Source: an uncultured Gammaproteobacteria bacterium
GTDB taxonomy: Bacteria > Patescibacteriota > Microgenomatia > Daviesbacterales > UBA10151
Direction: 5' to 3'
NCBI GenBank assembly: GCA_964396715.1
Contig: CAYNFQ010000001.1
Coordinates: 21,037-85,036, forward strand
DNA length: 64,000 nt
This document shows, one piece after another, positions 28,218 to 37,384 of the stretch (positions within the stretch are counted from its first letter, which is position 1; each line of letters begins with the position of its first letter). The notes below the pieces were generated by a model. The model was not told where the DNA came from. It searched no databases and saw only the letters and a program-made list of their open reading frames with translations. Made by a program: the position numbers and the translations under genes.

Positions 28218-28758
28218 ATATATAAAGACTACATCAATCCTGGGACTTTTAATTTTGGAAAGGCCGATTTTCAAAGATGAAAGAGGTTTTTTCAGGGAGC
28301 TTTTTCACCTGGATGAGCTGGAAAAGCTAAGTGGGGTTAAATTTGAGACCATACAAATGAACCACTCACATTCTCTGCCCGGGGTTTTACGGGGGATTCA
28401 TGCCGAGGAGTGGAATAAAATTATTTATCCGGTTTCAGGAGATGTATTTATAGCAATAGTTGATGTAAGAGTTGATTCCCAAACTTTCGGTAAAGTTGAG
28501 ACTTTCAATATTGATAACAATAACAGAGTCGGGCTTTTTATACCCAACGGGCTGGCAAACTCACTTTGTGTTAGCGGAGATACTCCTGCCGATTATATCT
28601 ATCTGGTGGATGCTTACTGGGATGGTACTGACACCAGGGCTATTGCTTTTGATGACCCTGATTTGAAAATTGACTGGCCTGTTATAAATCCGGTTGTTTC
28701 CCAAAGGGACAGCAACAACCCGACACTGCGCCAACTTTTTCCGGATAAATTCAGATAA
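28207..28758 (+). CDS. rfbC: dTDP-4-dehydrorhamnose 3,5-epimerase
   Basis: Cupin fold with RGIHAEEW and FETIQMNHSHS, RmlC-like. An 11-bp overlap couples it to rmlB. Confidence 0.85.
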   Translation: METKYIKTTSILGLLILERPIFKDERGFFRELFHLDELEKLSGVKFETIQMNHSHSLPGVLRGIHAEEWNKIIYPVSGDVFIAIVDVRVDSQTFGKVETFNIDNNNRVGLFIPNGLANSLCVSGDTPADYIYLVDAYWDGTDTRAIAFDDPDLKIDWPVINPVVSQRDSNNPTLRQLFPDKFR

Positions 28759-28762
28759 TTAT

Positions 28763-28791
28763 TGACGCGGAGGCAGCACTCATATATAGTA
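28763..28791 (+). promoter_or_regulatory. sigma70-like promoter TTGACG-N17-TATAGT for gmd, implying a leaderless transcript
   Basis: Hexamers are separated by exactly 17 nt. The -10 box ends 8 nt before the gmd ATG at 28800. Confidence 0.5.
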
Positions 28792-28799
28792 AACAAAAT

Positions 28800-29816
28800 A
28801 TGGCGACTAAAAAAAGAGCGTTTATCACAGGTATAACCGGTCAGGACGGTTCTTATTTAACGGAATTTCTTTTGGACAAAGGTTATGAGGTGGCAGGTTT
28901 GGTAAGGAGAAATGCCGCCCAGGATTTGGGCAACATTAACGATATCAGGGATGAGGTCAGGATTTATTACGGAGATTTGCAATCCCCGGAATCGATTGCT
29001 TTGGCGCTTTTAGATTTTCAGCCTGATGAAATTTACAATATGGCTTCGATGTCTTCCCCTTTAGGGTCTTTCACGGACAAATTAACCTCTATCATGGTGA
29101 CAGGAGTGGGAGCTTTGCATGTATTTGAGCGGGCAAAACAGATTGTCCCGGAGGCAAACATCTATCAGGCTTCAACATCTGAGATGTTTGGGGCACCAAA
29201 GCAGGTGCCGCAAAATGAAGATACGCCTTTTGCTCCGGTCAATCCCTATGCGGCTGCCAAGGAGTTTGCCCACAGGATGGCGCTAATTTCCAGGAAAGAT
29301 AAAAAACAGCCGCAATTTATCTCCTGCGGCATTTTGTTTAACCATGAAAGCCCCAGGCGCGGTTTAAATTTTGTCACCAGAAAAATTACCGCCGCTGTTG
29401 CCTGTATCAAAAACGGCAAAAAAGAAGGAATTCCTTTAAATGAGATTGGAGAGCCGGTTGTCCAAAACGGAAAATTGAAACTGGGAGATTTAGATGCCAA
29501 AAGAGATTGGGGGTATGCGCCTGATTATGTTGAAGCTATGTGGCTGATTTTACAACAGAGTAAGGCAGATGATTTTGTGGTGGCAACCGGAGAGATCCAT
29601 ACGGTTCGTGAATTCGCACAGGAAGCATTTGCGGTAGTGGGTTTAGACTTTGAGGATTATGTTATATCAGATCCGCATTTTATTCCTCCTGTCCAAACAG
29701 GCCCTCTTTGCGGTGACGCCACCAAGGCCAAAAAGGTACTGGGCTGGCAGCCGAAAACCAAATTTAAGGATCTGGTCAGAATTATGGTTCATGCCGATCT
29801 TGCCAAATTTTCTTAA
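28800..29816 (+). CDS. gmd: GDP-mannose 4,6-dehydratase
   Basis: ITGITGQDGSYLTEFLL N-terminus and GMD-type SDR-extended motifs. A TTGACG-N17-TATAGT promoter ends 8 nt before the ATG. Confidence 0.85.
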   Translation: MATKKRAFITGITGQDGSYLTEFLLDKGYEVAGLVRRNAAQDLGNINDIRDEVRIYYGDLQSPESIALALLDFQPDEIYNMASMSSPLGSFTDKLTSIMVTGVGALHVFERAKQIVPEANIYQASTSEMFGAPKQVPQNEDTPFAPVNPYAAAKEFAHRMALISRKDKKQPQFISCGILFNHESPRRGLNFVTRKITAAVACIKNGKKEGIPLNEIGEPVVQNGKLKLGDLDAKRDWGYAPDYVEAMWLILQQSKADDFVVATGEIHTVREFAQEAFAVVGLDFEDYVISDPHFIPPVQTGPLCGDATKAKKVLGWQPKTKFKDLVRIMVHADLAKFS

Positions 29817-31000
29817 TGAAAAAGGTATCAGTTGTTCTTCCCACCTATAACGAAAAAGCCAATATAGAAAAAACCGTTGAAAAAGTGTTTGAGCAGCAGA
29901 AAAATTTACCCGGTTGGCAGATGCACATCATCATTGCCGATGATGTCAGATCTTCTGACGGGACGGAAAAAATTGCCCGAAATTTAGTCAAGAAAAATAA
30001 CAGAATCCATTTTTTAAAGGCTGACCCTGGACTTGGAGTAGGGTTGATTTTGGGGCATCAATATGCAATAGAGAAATTACACCCTGATGTTTTGACCCAA
30101 CTGGATGCAGACGGTCAGGTTGTTTCGGATGTTTTAGTCAGACTGGTTGAAACAATTGAGCAGGGTTATGATCTTGCGATTGGTTCACGTTTTGTGGAGG
30201 GAGGGAAAAATCAGTTAAGTCTTGGCAGGAGACTTTTTACTTACGGTGCTTCTATATTTTTTCGCCTGATGGTGGGGCCCTGGGATATTGGGGAAGTGAC
30301 CAATTCAGCCAGGGCTTTTACGCCTGATCTTTTTGGGAAAATTAATCTTAAAAGATTACCCTGGAGAGAGCCCACTTTTATAGTCCAGCCGGCTTTTTTG
30401 CATGAGGCAATACTAACCGGAGCAAGGTATAAAGAGGTCCCGTTAATTTTTAAAAACAGATTGGAGGGATATTCCAAAAATAAAGTGTTCAACTACACTT
30501 ATGATGTGATTTCATACTGTTTGGATATCAAGCTCCATCAGATGGGAGTCAATATCCCGCTTTTCCGTTTGTCCAGGCGGGCAAAAACACCCGTTAAATT
30601 TGGACTGGTTGGATTTATTGGAACGATCGTTGATTTTTTCTTCTACAAAATATTTATTAATTCCCTGGGTTTGCCGCCGGCTACCTCAAAAGGCATTTCC
30701 ACAGAGATTGCCATTATCAACAATTTTATTTTGAATAATTACTGGACTTTCCGCTACAGAAAAACCAGGACCAACCTTTGGCAAAAATTGGGCATTTTTA
30801 ACCTGGTTTCCTTAGGAGGGTTGGTGATCGGGGTTTTGATAGTCAAATATTTGCATTTATCTTTTGGAGATGGGTTTATTACGGTTTTCGGACGACCCGT
30901 TGCCTACAATAACTTCTACTTTTTTGCCACCATCCCGCCAGTGATGACTTGGAATTTTATGATGAATCATTTGATTACTTGGAAACATCAAGAGGATTAG
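29816..31000 (+). CDS. GT2 polyprenyl-phosphate sugar synthase-like glycosyltransferase (DPM1/GtrB-like) fused to a C-terminal GtrA-like membrane domain
   Basis: VVLPTYNE..N ... ADD ... DADGQ GT-A motifs, then four TM helices with a GtrA-type signature (NNFILNNYWTFRY). Confidence 0.8.
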   Translation: MKKVSVVLPTYNEKANIEKTVEKVFEQQKNLPGWQMHIIIADDVRSSDGTEKIARNLVKKNNRIHFLKADPGLGVGLILGHQYAIEKLHPDVLTQLDADGQVVSDVLVRLVETIEQGYDLAIGSRFVEGGKNQLSLGRRLFTYGASIFFRLMVGPWDIGEVTNSARAFTPDLFGKINLKRLPWREPTFIVQPAFLHEAILTGARYKEVPLIFKNRLEGYSKNKVFNYTYDVISYCLDIKLHQMGVNIPLFRLSRRAKTPVKFGLVGFIGTIVDFFFYKIFINSLGLPPATSKGISTEIAIINNFILNNYWTFRYRKTRTNLWQKLGIFNLVSLGGLVIGVLIVKYLHLSFGDGFITVFGRPVAYNNFYFFATIPPVMTWNFMMNHLITWKHQED

Positions 31001-32187
31001 TTGAAAGGTGCTAGATTTGGTATGGGGGCCGCATTTTGCAGAATAAAATTTTGAGCATAAAGATAAATTGCTAAAAATATCAGGGGTGAAATTATTTTAA
31101 ATTCTTTAGAAGTTAAGACTTTTTCAAATGCAATTAAGACAAATGGGGTGACGGGTAGAACATATCTTGATATATCCCTGTGTGCAACAAAGATTGCGGC
31201 AGCAAGAAAGGTAACCACAAAAAAGGCCATAGGGTATAATTTCTGTTTTATCAGCAGTACTCCACCCAAAAAACCTAAAATAAAAATATAGACTATATCT
31301 TCCAGCCAGGCCTCCCCCACCCAAAATTGGTGTTTGTTAAAAACCTGAAATGGGGGAAAAGTTAGATGAATATTATCTCCGCTTTTAAAATAGGCAAAAA
31401 AGTCTTGGTAAGTGAGTGAATACCAGAAAAATACGGTAAGCAAAGCAAGCGGTATGAGTATAAGTGGTGAGTATGTAACAATTATTCGCATAAGCGAAAC
31501 AAATTGCCCCGCCTTTTGTGCAATGACTTTCCAAATTAAGAAGCAACCTATGGCAATAAACAATAAAATTCCGGGTGGTCTGGTCAGTTGCGCCAAAGCT
31601 CCCATCCCTCCTGCCAAAAGTATATATGAAAACTTACTTGATTGCTCAAATTTCATAAAAAAATAAATGGCAGATAGAGTAAACAGAATAAAGGTTGGTT
31701 CGGAGGATCCTACAGAATGGACAATTAACCACCTGGCAGGCAAGATGAGAAATAATAATGATAAAAACAATGGATGTGAACTAAGCCTGAAGTTGTAAAC
31801 CAGCAGGTAAAATACCCAAGTAGCCAGTATTGTGGAAATTATTGCAACAATCAGCATGGATTTTAAGTAGCCAAAAAATGGGGCCAGAAGGGAGATGAGT
31901 AGAGAGTAACCAGGGAAATGCGAGGCAAAATAATTGGCAGAAAGTCCCATGGGCAAACTGTTTAGAATATCAGGATTATAAAAAGATTTAGCAATTGCAA
32001 TATATTCCAAGCCATCATAGTTTCTATCAATTGTTGAGAATCCTTCTTTGAAGGATAGCCCCCAAAAGTTAGGTAAGGCTAAAATATGCGGAAGCCAGAC
32101 TGCCAAGGTTAAAGTTACCGTACAGACGGCAAGCATAATCAGATCTTTGAATTTATTACTCACTAGTCTATTATATACATTATCCAT
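30997..32187 (-). CDS. polytopic membrane protein, probable GT-C/DUF2029-like glycosyltransferase
   Basis: About 396 aa from the ATG at 32187 (MDNVYNRL), with 10 or more TM helices. Its start codon lies back-to-back with the divergent 32189 gene. The family assignment is tentative. Confidence 0.4.
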   Translation of the reverse strand: MDNVYNRLVSNKFKDLIMLAVCTVTLTLAVWLPHILALPNFWGLSFKEGFSTIDRNYDGLEYIAIAKSFYNPDILNSLPMGLSANYFASHFPGYSLLISLLAPFFGYLKSMLIVAIISTILATWVFYLLVYNFRLSSHPLFLSLLFLILPARWLIVHSVGSSEPTFILFTLSAIYFFMKFEQSSKFSYILLAGGMGALAQLTRPPGILLFIAIGCFLIWKVIAQKAGQFVSLMRIIVTYSPLILIPLALLTVFFWYSLTYQDFFAYFKSGDNIHLTFPPFQVFNKHQFWVGEAWLEDIVYIFILGFLGGVLLIKQKLYPMAFFVVTFLAAAIFVAHRDISRYVLPVTPFVLIAFEKVLTSKEFKIISPLIFLAIYLYAQNFILQNAAPIPNLAPFN

Positions 32188-32188
32188 A

Positions 32189-34345
32189 ATGATTAAAAAT
32201 TTGTCCGTGTTTTTCCCACTATTTAACGAAGCAGGTAATGTGGAAACAACTGTCAAAAAAGCAGTTGAAGTTTTACAAAAATTAAAGCTCGGGTATGAAA
32301 TTATTCTAATTAATGACGGTTCTAAAGATGGGACAAAAAGAGTAGCAGAAGGCCTCTCTAAAGAAAATCCCAGCATTAGGGTTATAAACCATGAGAAAAA
32401 TTTAGGTTATGGTGAGGCGCTCAAGTCGGGTTTTTACAATGCCAAATATGACACGATTGTTTATACGGACGGAGACGGGCAGTTTGATTTCTCCGAAGTG
32501 ACAAAGTTCCTGGATAAGATAGATGATTATGATTTGCTGATCGGATACCGGATCAAAAGGCAAGACCCCTTTTTTAGAATACTTTTTAAAAAAGGCTGGA
32601 CTTTTGCTCTTTGGACCATGTTTGGTTTGACTTTAAAAGACGTAGATTGCGGTTTCAAAATGATAAAAAGAGAAGTCTTGGAAGCAATTCCCCATTTAGA
32701 GTCACAAAGAGGGGCAATGATCAATGCCGAGCTGGCAATTAAGGCCAAAAAAAATGGATTTAGGGTGGGACAAATAGGAGTGGATCACTACCCAAGGTTG
32801 TCCGGAAGGCCAACAGGAGCTAGTTTAAATGTGATTATTAGATCTTTTACTGATTTATTTAAACTATGGTGGAAGCTGAAAGAGCAAAAGTTTCTTTTCA
32901 TTTTGCTGGCAGGGATTTTACTTTTGGCTGCATTTTTGCGATTTTACAAAATTGATCAGTATATGCTTTTTTTGGGGGATGAAGGCAGGGATGCTTTAAT
33001 TGTGAAAGAGATTGTTGAAGGTCGGCATTTTCCCTTAATCGGCCCGCCCACATCGGTGGGAAATATTTACCTGGGCCCTCTATATTACTATATGATGGCA
33101 ATCCCCATGTTTATATTTAATTTAAATCCGGTTTCTGCAGCCGGAATGAATGCAGCAATTGGAGTTTTAACAGTATTTCTGGTTTATATCTTAGGGAAAC
33201 TATGGTTTGGCAGGGAGGCGGGCCTGATCTCTTCTTTGTTATATGCAGTCTCTCCGGTTACTATAAACTATTCCAACTTTTCCTGGAATCCCAACCCTAC
33301 CCCCTTTTTTGCCTTGCTGGTCATACTTTCTCTTGACAAATTTCATAAGTTAGGAAATTACAAATGGCTGATTTTAACAGCAGCATCAGCAGCAGCTGCT
33401 TTGCAAATGCATTATCTGGCCCTGATTTTACTGCCGGTCTTAGTGGTTGGTTGGCTTAAAGAATTATTGGCAAAAAAAAGCCCCCTTTTTTGGGGAGGAA
33501 CAATTTTAGCGCTGCTTACTTTTTTTCTTTTCATGTCGCCTCTTTTATTGTTTGATTTAAGGCACAATTTTTTAAATTTTAAAGCCATAACTGCGCTTTT
33601 TTTTGGTCAAGATACATCAGTTGGATTTAATATTGTCGATTCTTTACAAAGAATTCCTCAAATTTTTAGTCAAAGTCTCATCGGCAGATATTTAACAGCA
33701 GAAAACCCGGTTTTAACTTTTATTGTTTCAATACTTATACTAATACCGCTAATTTATACCGGTTACCTGATGTATCAAAAAAGGTCGTTTAACTACGGGT
33801 TCTGGATATTAAATAACTGGCTTTTAATAGGTATTTTGGGATTGTCATTTTATAAACAGCAAATCTTTGATCATTATTTAAACTTTCTAAATCCGGCGCC
33901 TTTTTTACTTTTTGGCTCTTTGGTAAAACTTAAGAAAATATTTTTGGCGCCAGTTTTGGTTTTAGTTGTTGTTTTAACATTTGTAAATTTAGCTAAAAAC
34001 CCCCTAAACTTGCCTCCGAATAAACAACTGGAAAGAAGCCAGCAGGTTGCCAAGTTTGTGATTGAAAAAAGTCATAGAGAGGATTTTAATTTTGCCCTGC
34101 TTGCGGAAAATAATTATGACTCAGCTTATATTTTTTATCTGGAAAAATATGGCCACAAGCCAAAAATAGTGCCGCAGGAAAAAACTACCCAGCTTTTTGT
34201 AGTTTGTGAGGATCAAATTTGTGATCCCACTCACAGCGCAAAGTACGAAGTGGCCGCATTCGGTATGTCCAAAATTGACTGGATGGAAGAATATTTTGGA
34301 GTTAAAATATACAGATTGATTCCTAATCCGTCAGGAAGACCATGA
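32189..34345 (+). CDS. fusion protein: N-terminal GT2 (Dol-P/Und-P sugar synthase-like) plus C-terminal GT-C membrane glycosyltransferase domain (paralog family A)
   Basis: N-terminus FPLFNEAGNVE...INDGSKDGT...TDGDGQ (GT-A). After about 230 aa comes a polytopic domain with the loop motif LGDEGRDALIVKE...IGPPTSVGNIYLGPLYYYMM shared with the 10059, 15529 and 17012 genes. The ATG at 32189 is preferred. Confidence 0.7.
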   Translation: MIKNLSVFFPLFNEAGNVETTVKKAVEVLQKLKLGYEIILINDGSKDGTKRVAEGLSKENPSIRVINHEKNLGYGEALKSGFYNAKYDTIVYTDGDGQFDFSEVTKFLDKIDDYDLLIGYRIKRQDPFFRILFKKGWTFALWTMFGLTLKDVDCGFKMIKREVLEAIPHLESQRGAMINAELAIKAKKNGFRVGQIGVDHYPRLSGRPTGASLNVIIRSFTDLFKLWWKLKEQKFLFILLAGILLLAAFLRFYKIDQYMLFLGDEGRDALIVKEIVEGRHFPLIGPPTSVGNIYLGPLYYYMMAIPMFIFNLNPVSAAGMNAAIGVLTVFLVYILGKLWFGREAGLISSLLYAVSPVTINYSNFSWNPNPTPFFALLVILSLDKFHKLGNYKWLILTAASAAAALQMHYLALILLPVLVVGWLKELLAKKSPLFWGGTILALLTFFLFMSPLLLFDLRHNFLNFKAITALFFGQDTSVGFNIVDSLQRIPQIFSQSLIGRYLTAENPVLTFIVSILILIPLIYTGYLMYQKRSFNYGFWILNNWLLIGILGLSFYKQQIFDHYLNFLNPAPFLLFGSLVKLKKIFLAPVLVLVVVLTFVNLAKNPLNLPPNKQLERSQQVAKFVIEKSHREDFNFALLAENNYDSAYIFYLEKYGHKPKIVPQEKTTQLFVVCEDQICDPTHSAKYEVAAFGMSKIDWMEEYFGVKIYRLIPNPSGRP

Positions 34346-35100
34346 AGAAATTATCTGTTGTCATACCTGCATATAATGAGGAAAGAAACCTTAAAAGGGG
34401 AGTGTTGGATGCTGTTGAAGATTTTTTGGAAAAAAGCGGACTGGAATATGAGGTGATGGTAGTGGATGATGGTTCAACAGATGCCACACGCGAGGTTGTG
34501 AAGGGGTATGTTGCAAAAAACAACAACTTCAGACTGATTGAAAATTCTCACGGAGGAAAAGCCATGGCTGTCATGACCGGCATGCTTAAGGCTAAAGGTG
34601 AGATAGTTTTATTTACAGATATGGATCAGGCCACCCCAATTGATCAGTGGAATAAATTTCTGCCAAAATTTGAGGAAGGTCTGCCTGCCGGTAGGCAGGG
34701 CTATGATGTTGTGATTGGCTCCCGATCTGGCAGGAAGGGGGCGCCTATGGTAAGACAACTGGCTGCCTGGGGGTTTTCATTTTTGCGGGGGATAATTTTA
34801 GGACTGCCTTTTTCCGATACCCAATGCGGTTTTAAGGCTTTTAATAGAGAAGCAATTGAAAAAATTATTCCCAAAATAAAAAGTGAATGGGGGGTGGTGC
34901 ATTTTAAGGGAGGAGCAGTCAATGCCGGCTTTGATGTGGAATTATTATACTTGGCCAAAAAATACGGCTTTAAGATTGCAGAGGTGGAGGTGGTATGGAA
35001 TTATGTGGATACGGAAAGAGTACAGGTCATAAAAGACGCCCTGGCAGCAATTTATGACATGTTAAGAATTAGAATTAATGATTTAAAGGGGAAATATTAA
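34342..35100 (+). CDS. GT2 glycosyltransferase, Dol-P-glucose/mannose synthase-like (soluble)
   Basis: VVIPAYNEERN ... VVDDGSTD ... TDMDQ motifs. 252 aa with no TM domain. A 4-bp overlap couples it to the upstream fusion gene. Confidence 0.8.
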   Translation: MKKLSVVIPAYNEERNLKRGVLDAVEDFLEKSGLEYEVMVVDDGSTDATREVVKGYVAKNNNFRLIENSHGGKAMAVMTGMLKAKGEIVLFTDMDQATPIDQWNKFLPKFEEGLPAGRQGYDVVIGSRSGRKGAPMVRQLAAWGFSFLRGIILGLPFSDTQCGFKAFNREAIEKIIPKIKSEWGVVHFKGGAVNAGFDVELLYLAKKYGFKIAEVEVVWNYVDTERVQVIKDALAAIYDMLRIRINDLKGKY

Positions 35101-35150
35101 TTCTTCGCAAGAGCTATATTTTAAGATAAATTTATGGCAAAATAGGATGT

Positions 35151-36344
35151 ATGTATGATAATCTGATTGCACAAAAAATTGCTCAACAATACCAACAGAA
35201 TCCCTTGACGGATTTTGCGAGTGTAATATCAACAACGCCATTAAACGCATTAAATTTAAATTGGCGAGAGAGAGATTTGCCTGAAATAATAAGAACCAAA
35301 CATGTTCATCGCCTGCATCCCTATCTTGGCAAGTTTATTCCACAATTGGTAGAGATTTTTTTGCGGAAATATAAACCAGGGCTTGTTTATGATCCATTTG
35401 TGGGTAGTGGTACAACAATCGTTGAAGCAAATACTCTAGGAATAGATTCTATCGGGACAGATGTTTCTGCTTTTAATGTTCTTCTTTCGAAGGTAAAAAC
35501 TGCGAAATATGATATTTCTCTTCTAGAAAAAGAAATTTATGACATCCTTGATCGCTTAAATACATATAAAAATAAATTTTATAAAGATGAAAAAGTAAAT
35601 AAGTTATTTACCATCAATAATGAGTATTTAAATGGCTGGTTCGCCCCGCAAACCCTAAAAGAACTTCTTTGTTACCTACGTTTAATCAAAGATTATACAT
35701 ATCAAGATTTACTAAAAATTATCTTATCTCGCTCGGCTCGTTCAGCACGCCTGGTTACTCATTATGATCTGGATTTCCCCAAAAAACCACAAAGAGGACA
35801 ATATTTTTGCTATAAACACAACCGAACATGCCAACCAGTGGGCGAAGCATATAAATTTTTATCACGCTATACAATTGACACGCTTAATAGAATTAAAGAA
35901 TTTTCAAAAATTAGAACACAAGCAAAAGTTGTCGTGAATCATGCTGATTCCCGAGAGGTAAAATTGCCAACAGGTATTGATATGGTTTTCACCTCACCGC
36001 CCTATATTGGTCTCATTGACTATCATGATCAACATAAGTATGCATATGAACTATTAGGATTACAAAATAATGAAACACGAGAGATAGGCGCTGCAAAAAG
36101 GGGTCAATCTGACCAAGCGAAGAAAGAATATATAAAAGGGGTAAACGAAGTACTACTCCATACTAGAGATTATATGACTAAAAATGGAATAGTTTTAATT
36201 GTAATAAATGATAGATATAATTTATATAAACCAGAAAGCGTAGGTTTCAAATCAATCGGAAAAGTTGACCGTCATGTAAATCGTCGTACAGGCCGTCGAG
36301 AAAGTGCATTTTATGAAAGCATTTTAATTTGGCAAAAAATATGA
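35151..36344 (+). CDS. DNA amino-methyltransferase (N6-adenine or N4-cytosine), alpha-class architecture
   Basis: Motif I DPFVGSGTT near aa 80 and motif IV FTSPPY near aa 285, with a target-recognition-like region between them. AT-rich codon usage. Confidence 0.85.
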   Translation: MYDNLIAQKIAQQYQQNPLTDFASVISTTPLNALNLNWRERDLPEIIRTKHVHRLHPYLGKFIPQLVEIFLRKYKPGLVYDPFVGSGTTIVEANTLGIDSIGTDVSAFNVLLSKVKTAKYDISLLEKEIYDILDRLNTYKNKFYKDEKVNKLFTINNEYLNGWFAPQTLKELLCYLRLIKDYTYQDLLKIILSRSARSARLVTHYDLDFPKKPQRGQYFCYKHNRTCQPVGEAYKFLSRYTIDTLNRIKEFSKIRTQAKVVVNHADSREVKLPTGIDMVFTSPPYIGLIDYHDQHKYAYELLGLQNNETREIGAAKRGQSDQAKKEYIKGVNEVLLHTRDYMTKNGIVLIVINDRYNLYKPESVGFKSIGKVDRHVNRRTGRRESAFYESILIWQKI

Positions 36345-37177
36345 CTGACGCACAAGAGATGAAAAAAGCAATTCAATCTGTCATTAAGTTAATGATGGAT
36401 AGAGTTATGCAGAATGTTTTGGTTATAGATCCCTTTATTAAGGAAAATCATAAAGCTAAGAAACCATTGTATGCTGCCCTGGTACCAGACGAAATATTTA
36501 AGGGCTCACATTTTGAAAGGAAGTTTGTTACTCCTTTTGGTAAAGCTTGGCAAAAACTAGCAATTGTAGCAGCTGATAAGGGTTTAGGACACGGTGTTAA
36601 TGAATATAGCATAGTAGGTAAAATAAACGCTGAGCGACTGCGTCGGATACAACAAGTGTTAAATTTACTTGAGTATTCTGAAAAAGGAAAGAAAAGAATA
36701 AAACCTAATTGGAAGAAAGAGTTGAAGTATATTTTAGAGGGAAAAAGTAAAGAATTAATCCCCACAACTGTTATTTGTGATGTTTATGTTGAGGATAAGA
36801 AGAGCGGTAAAAAGTACGCCTTTGAATTAAAAGCGCCATTACCAAATAGCGATCAAACTAAAGTAAGCAAAGAAAAGTTACTAAAATTATATAGCATGGA
36901 TCCTGTTCAAATTAATGGAGCTTATTATGCTTTGCCGTATAATCCATATGGTAAAAGAATGAATTATTCGTGGAGTTTTCCGGCTCGATGGTTCGATATG
37001 AAAAATGATGAGGTTGTTTTGATCGGAGATGAGTTTTGGGAAAAAATTGGAGGCGTAGGAACATATAAAGCCTTTATCAATGCGGTAAATGAAATTGGAA
37101 AAGAATATAAGGATCGAATATATAGAGAATTTTTAGGTATCGAACCACCAACTAATTTAGATGAGGGTAAGCTCTAG
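36341..37177 (+). CDS. candidate Type II restriction endonuclease (PD-(D/E)xK-like)
   Basis: Its ATGA start overlaps the methyltransferase stop. A PD-(D/E)xK-like arrangement (ICDVYVEDKK...FELKAP) is present. No other family is recognised. Its position directly after a solitary-looking methyltransferase is typical of a cognate nuclease. Confidence 0.45.
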   Translation: MTDAQEMKKAIQSVIKLMMDRVMQNVLVIDPFIKENHKAKKPLYAALVPDEIFKGSHFERKFVTPFGKAWQKLAIVAADKGLGHGVNEYSIVGKINAERLRRIQQVLNLLEYSEKGKKRIKPNWKKELKYILEGKSKELIPTTVICDVYVEDKKSGKKYAFELKAPLPNSDQTKVSKEKLLKLYSMDPVQINGAYYALPYNPYGKRMNYSWSFPARWFDMKNDEVVLIGDEFWEKIGGVGTYKAFINAVNEIGKEYKDRIYREFLGIEPPTNLDEGKL

Positions 37178-37198
37178 TAAAACTATAGGGGTAAAAAT

Positions 37199-37384
37199 AT
37201 GAGTAAAACAATCAAAAAATTGAATAAGCTAAATAACCTCGAAAGTTTTATCCAAATTGATACTATTAAGGGGTTCAAATATATAGATCGTGCGGGGGAA
37301 ATAGTCAACACATATTACAAAAAAATACTCCACTGTATTTACCATGGGGCTAAATGGTCTAGTAATAGAGCAACCAAAAAATAA
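37199..37384 (+). CDS. small hypothetical protein, possibly part of a degraded hsdS
   Basis: 61 aa, preceded by an AGGGG ribosome-binding site. No motif recognised. Confidence 0.3.
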   Translation: MSKTIKKLNKLNNLESFIQIDTIKGFKYIDRAGEIVNTYYKKILHCIYHGAKWSSNRATKK

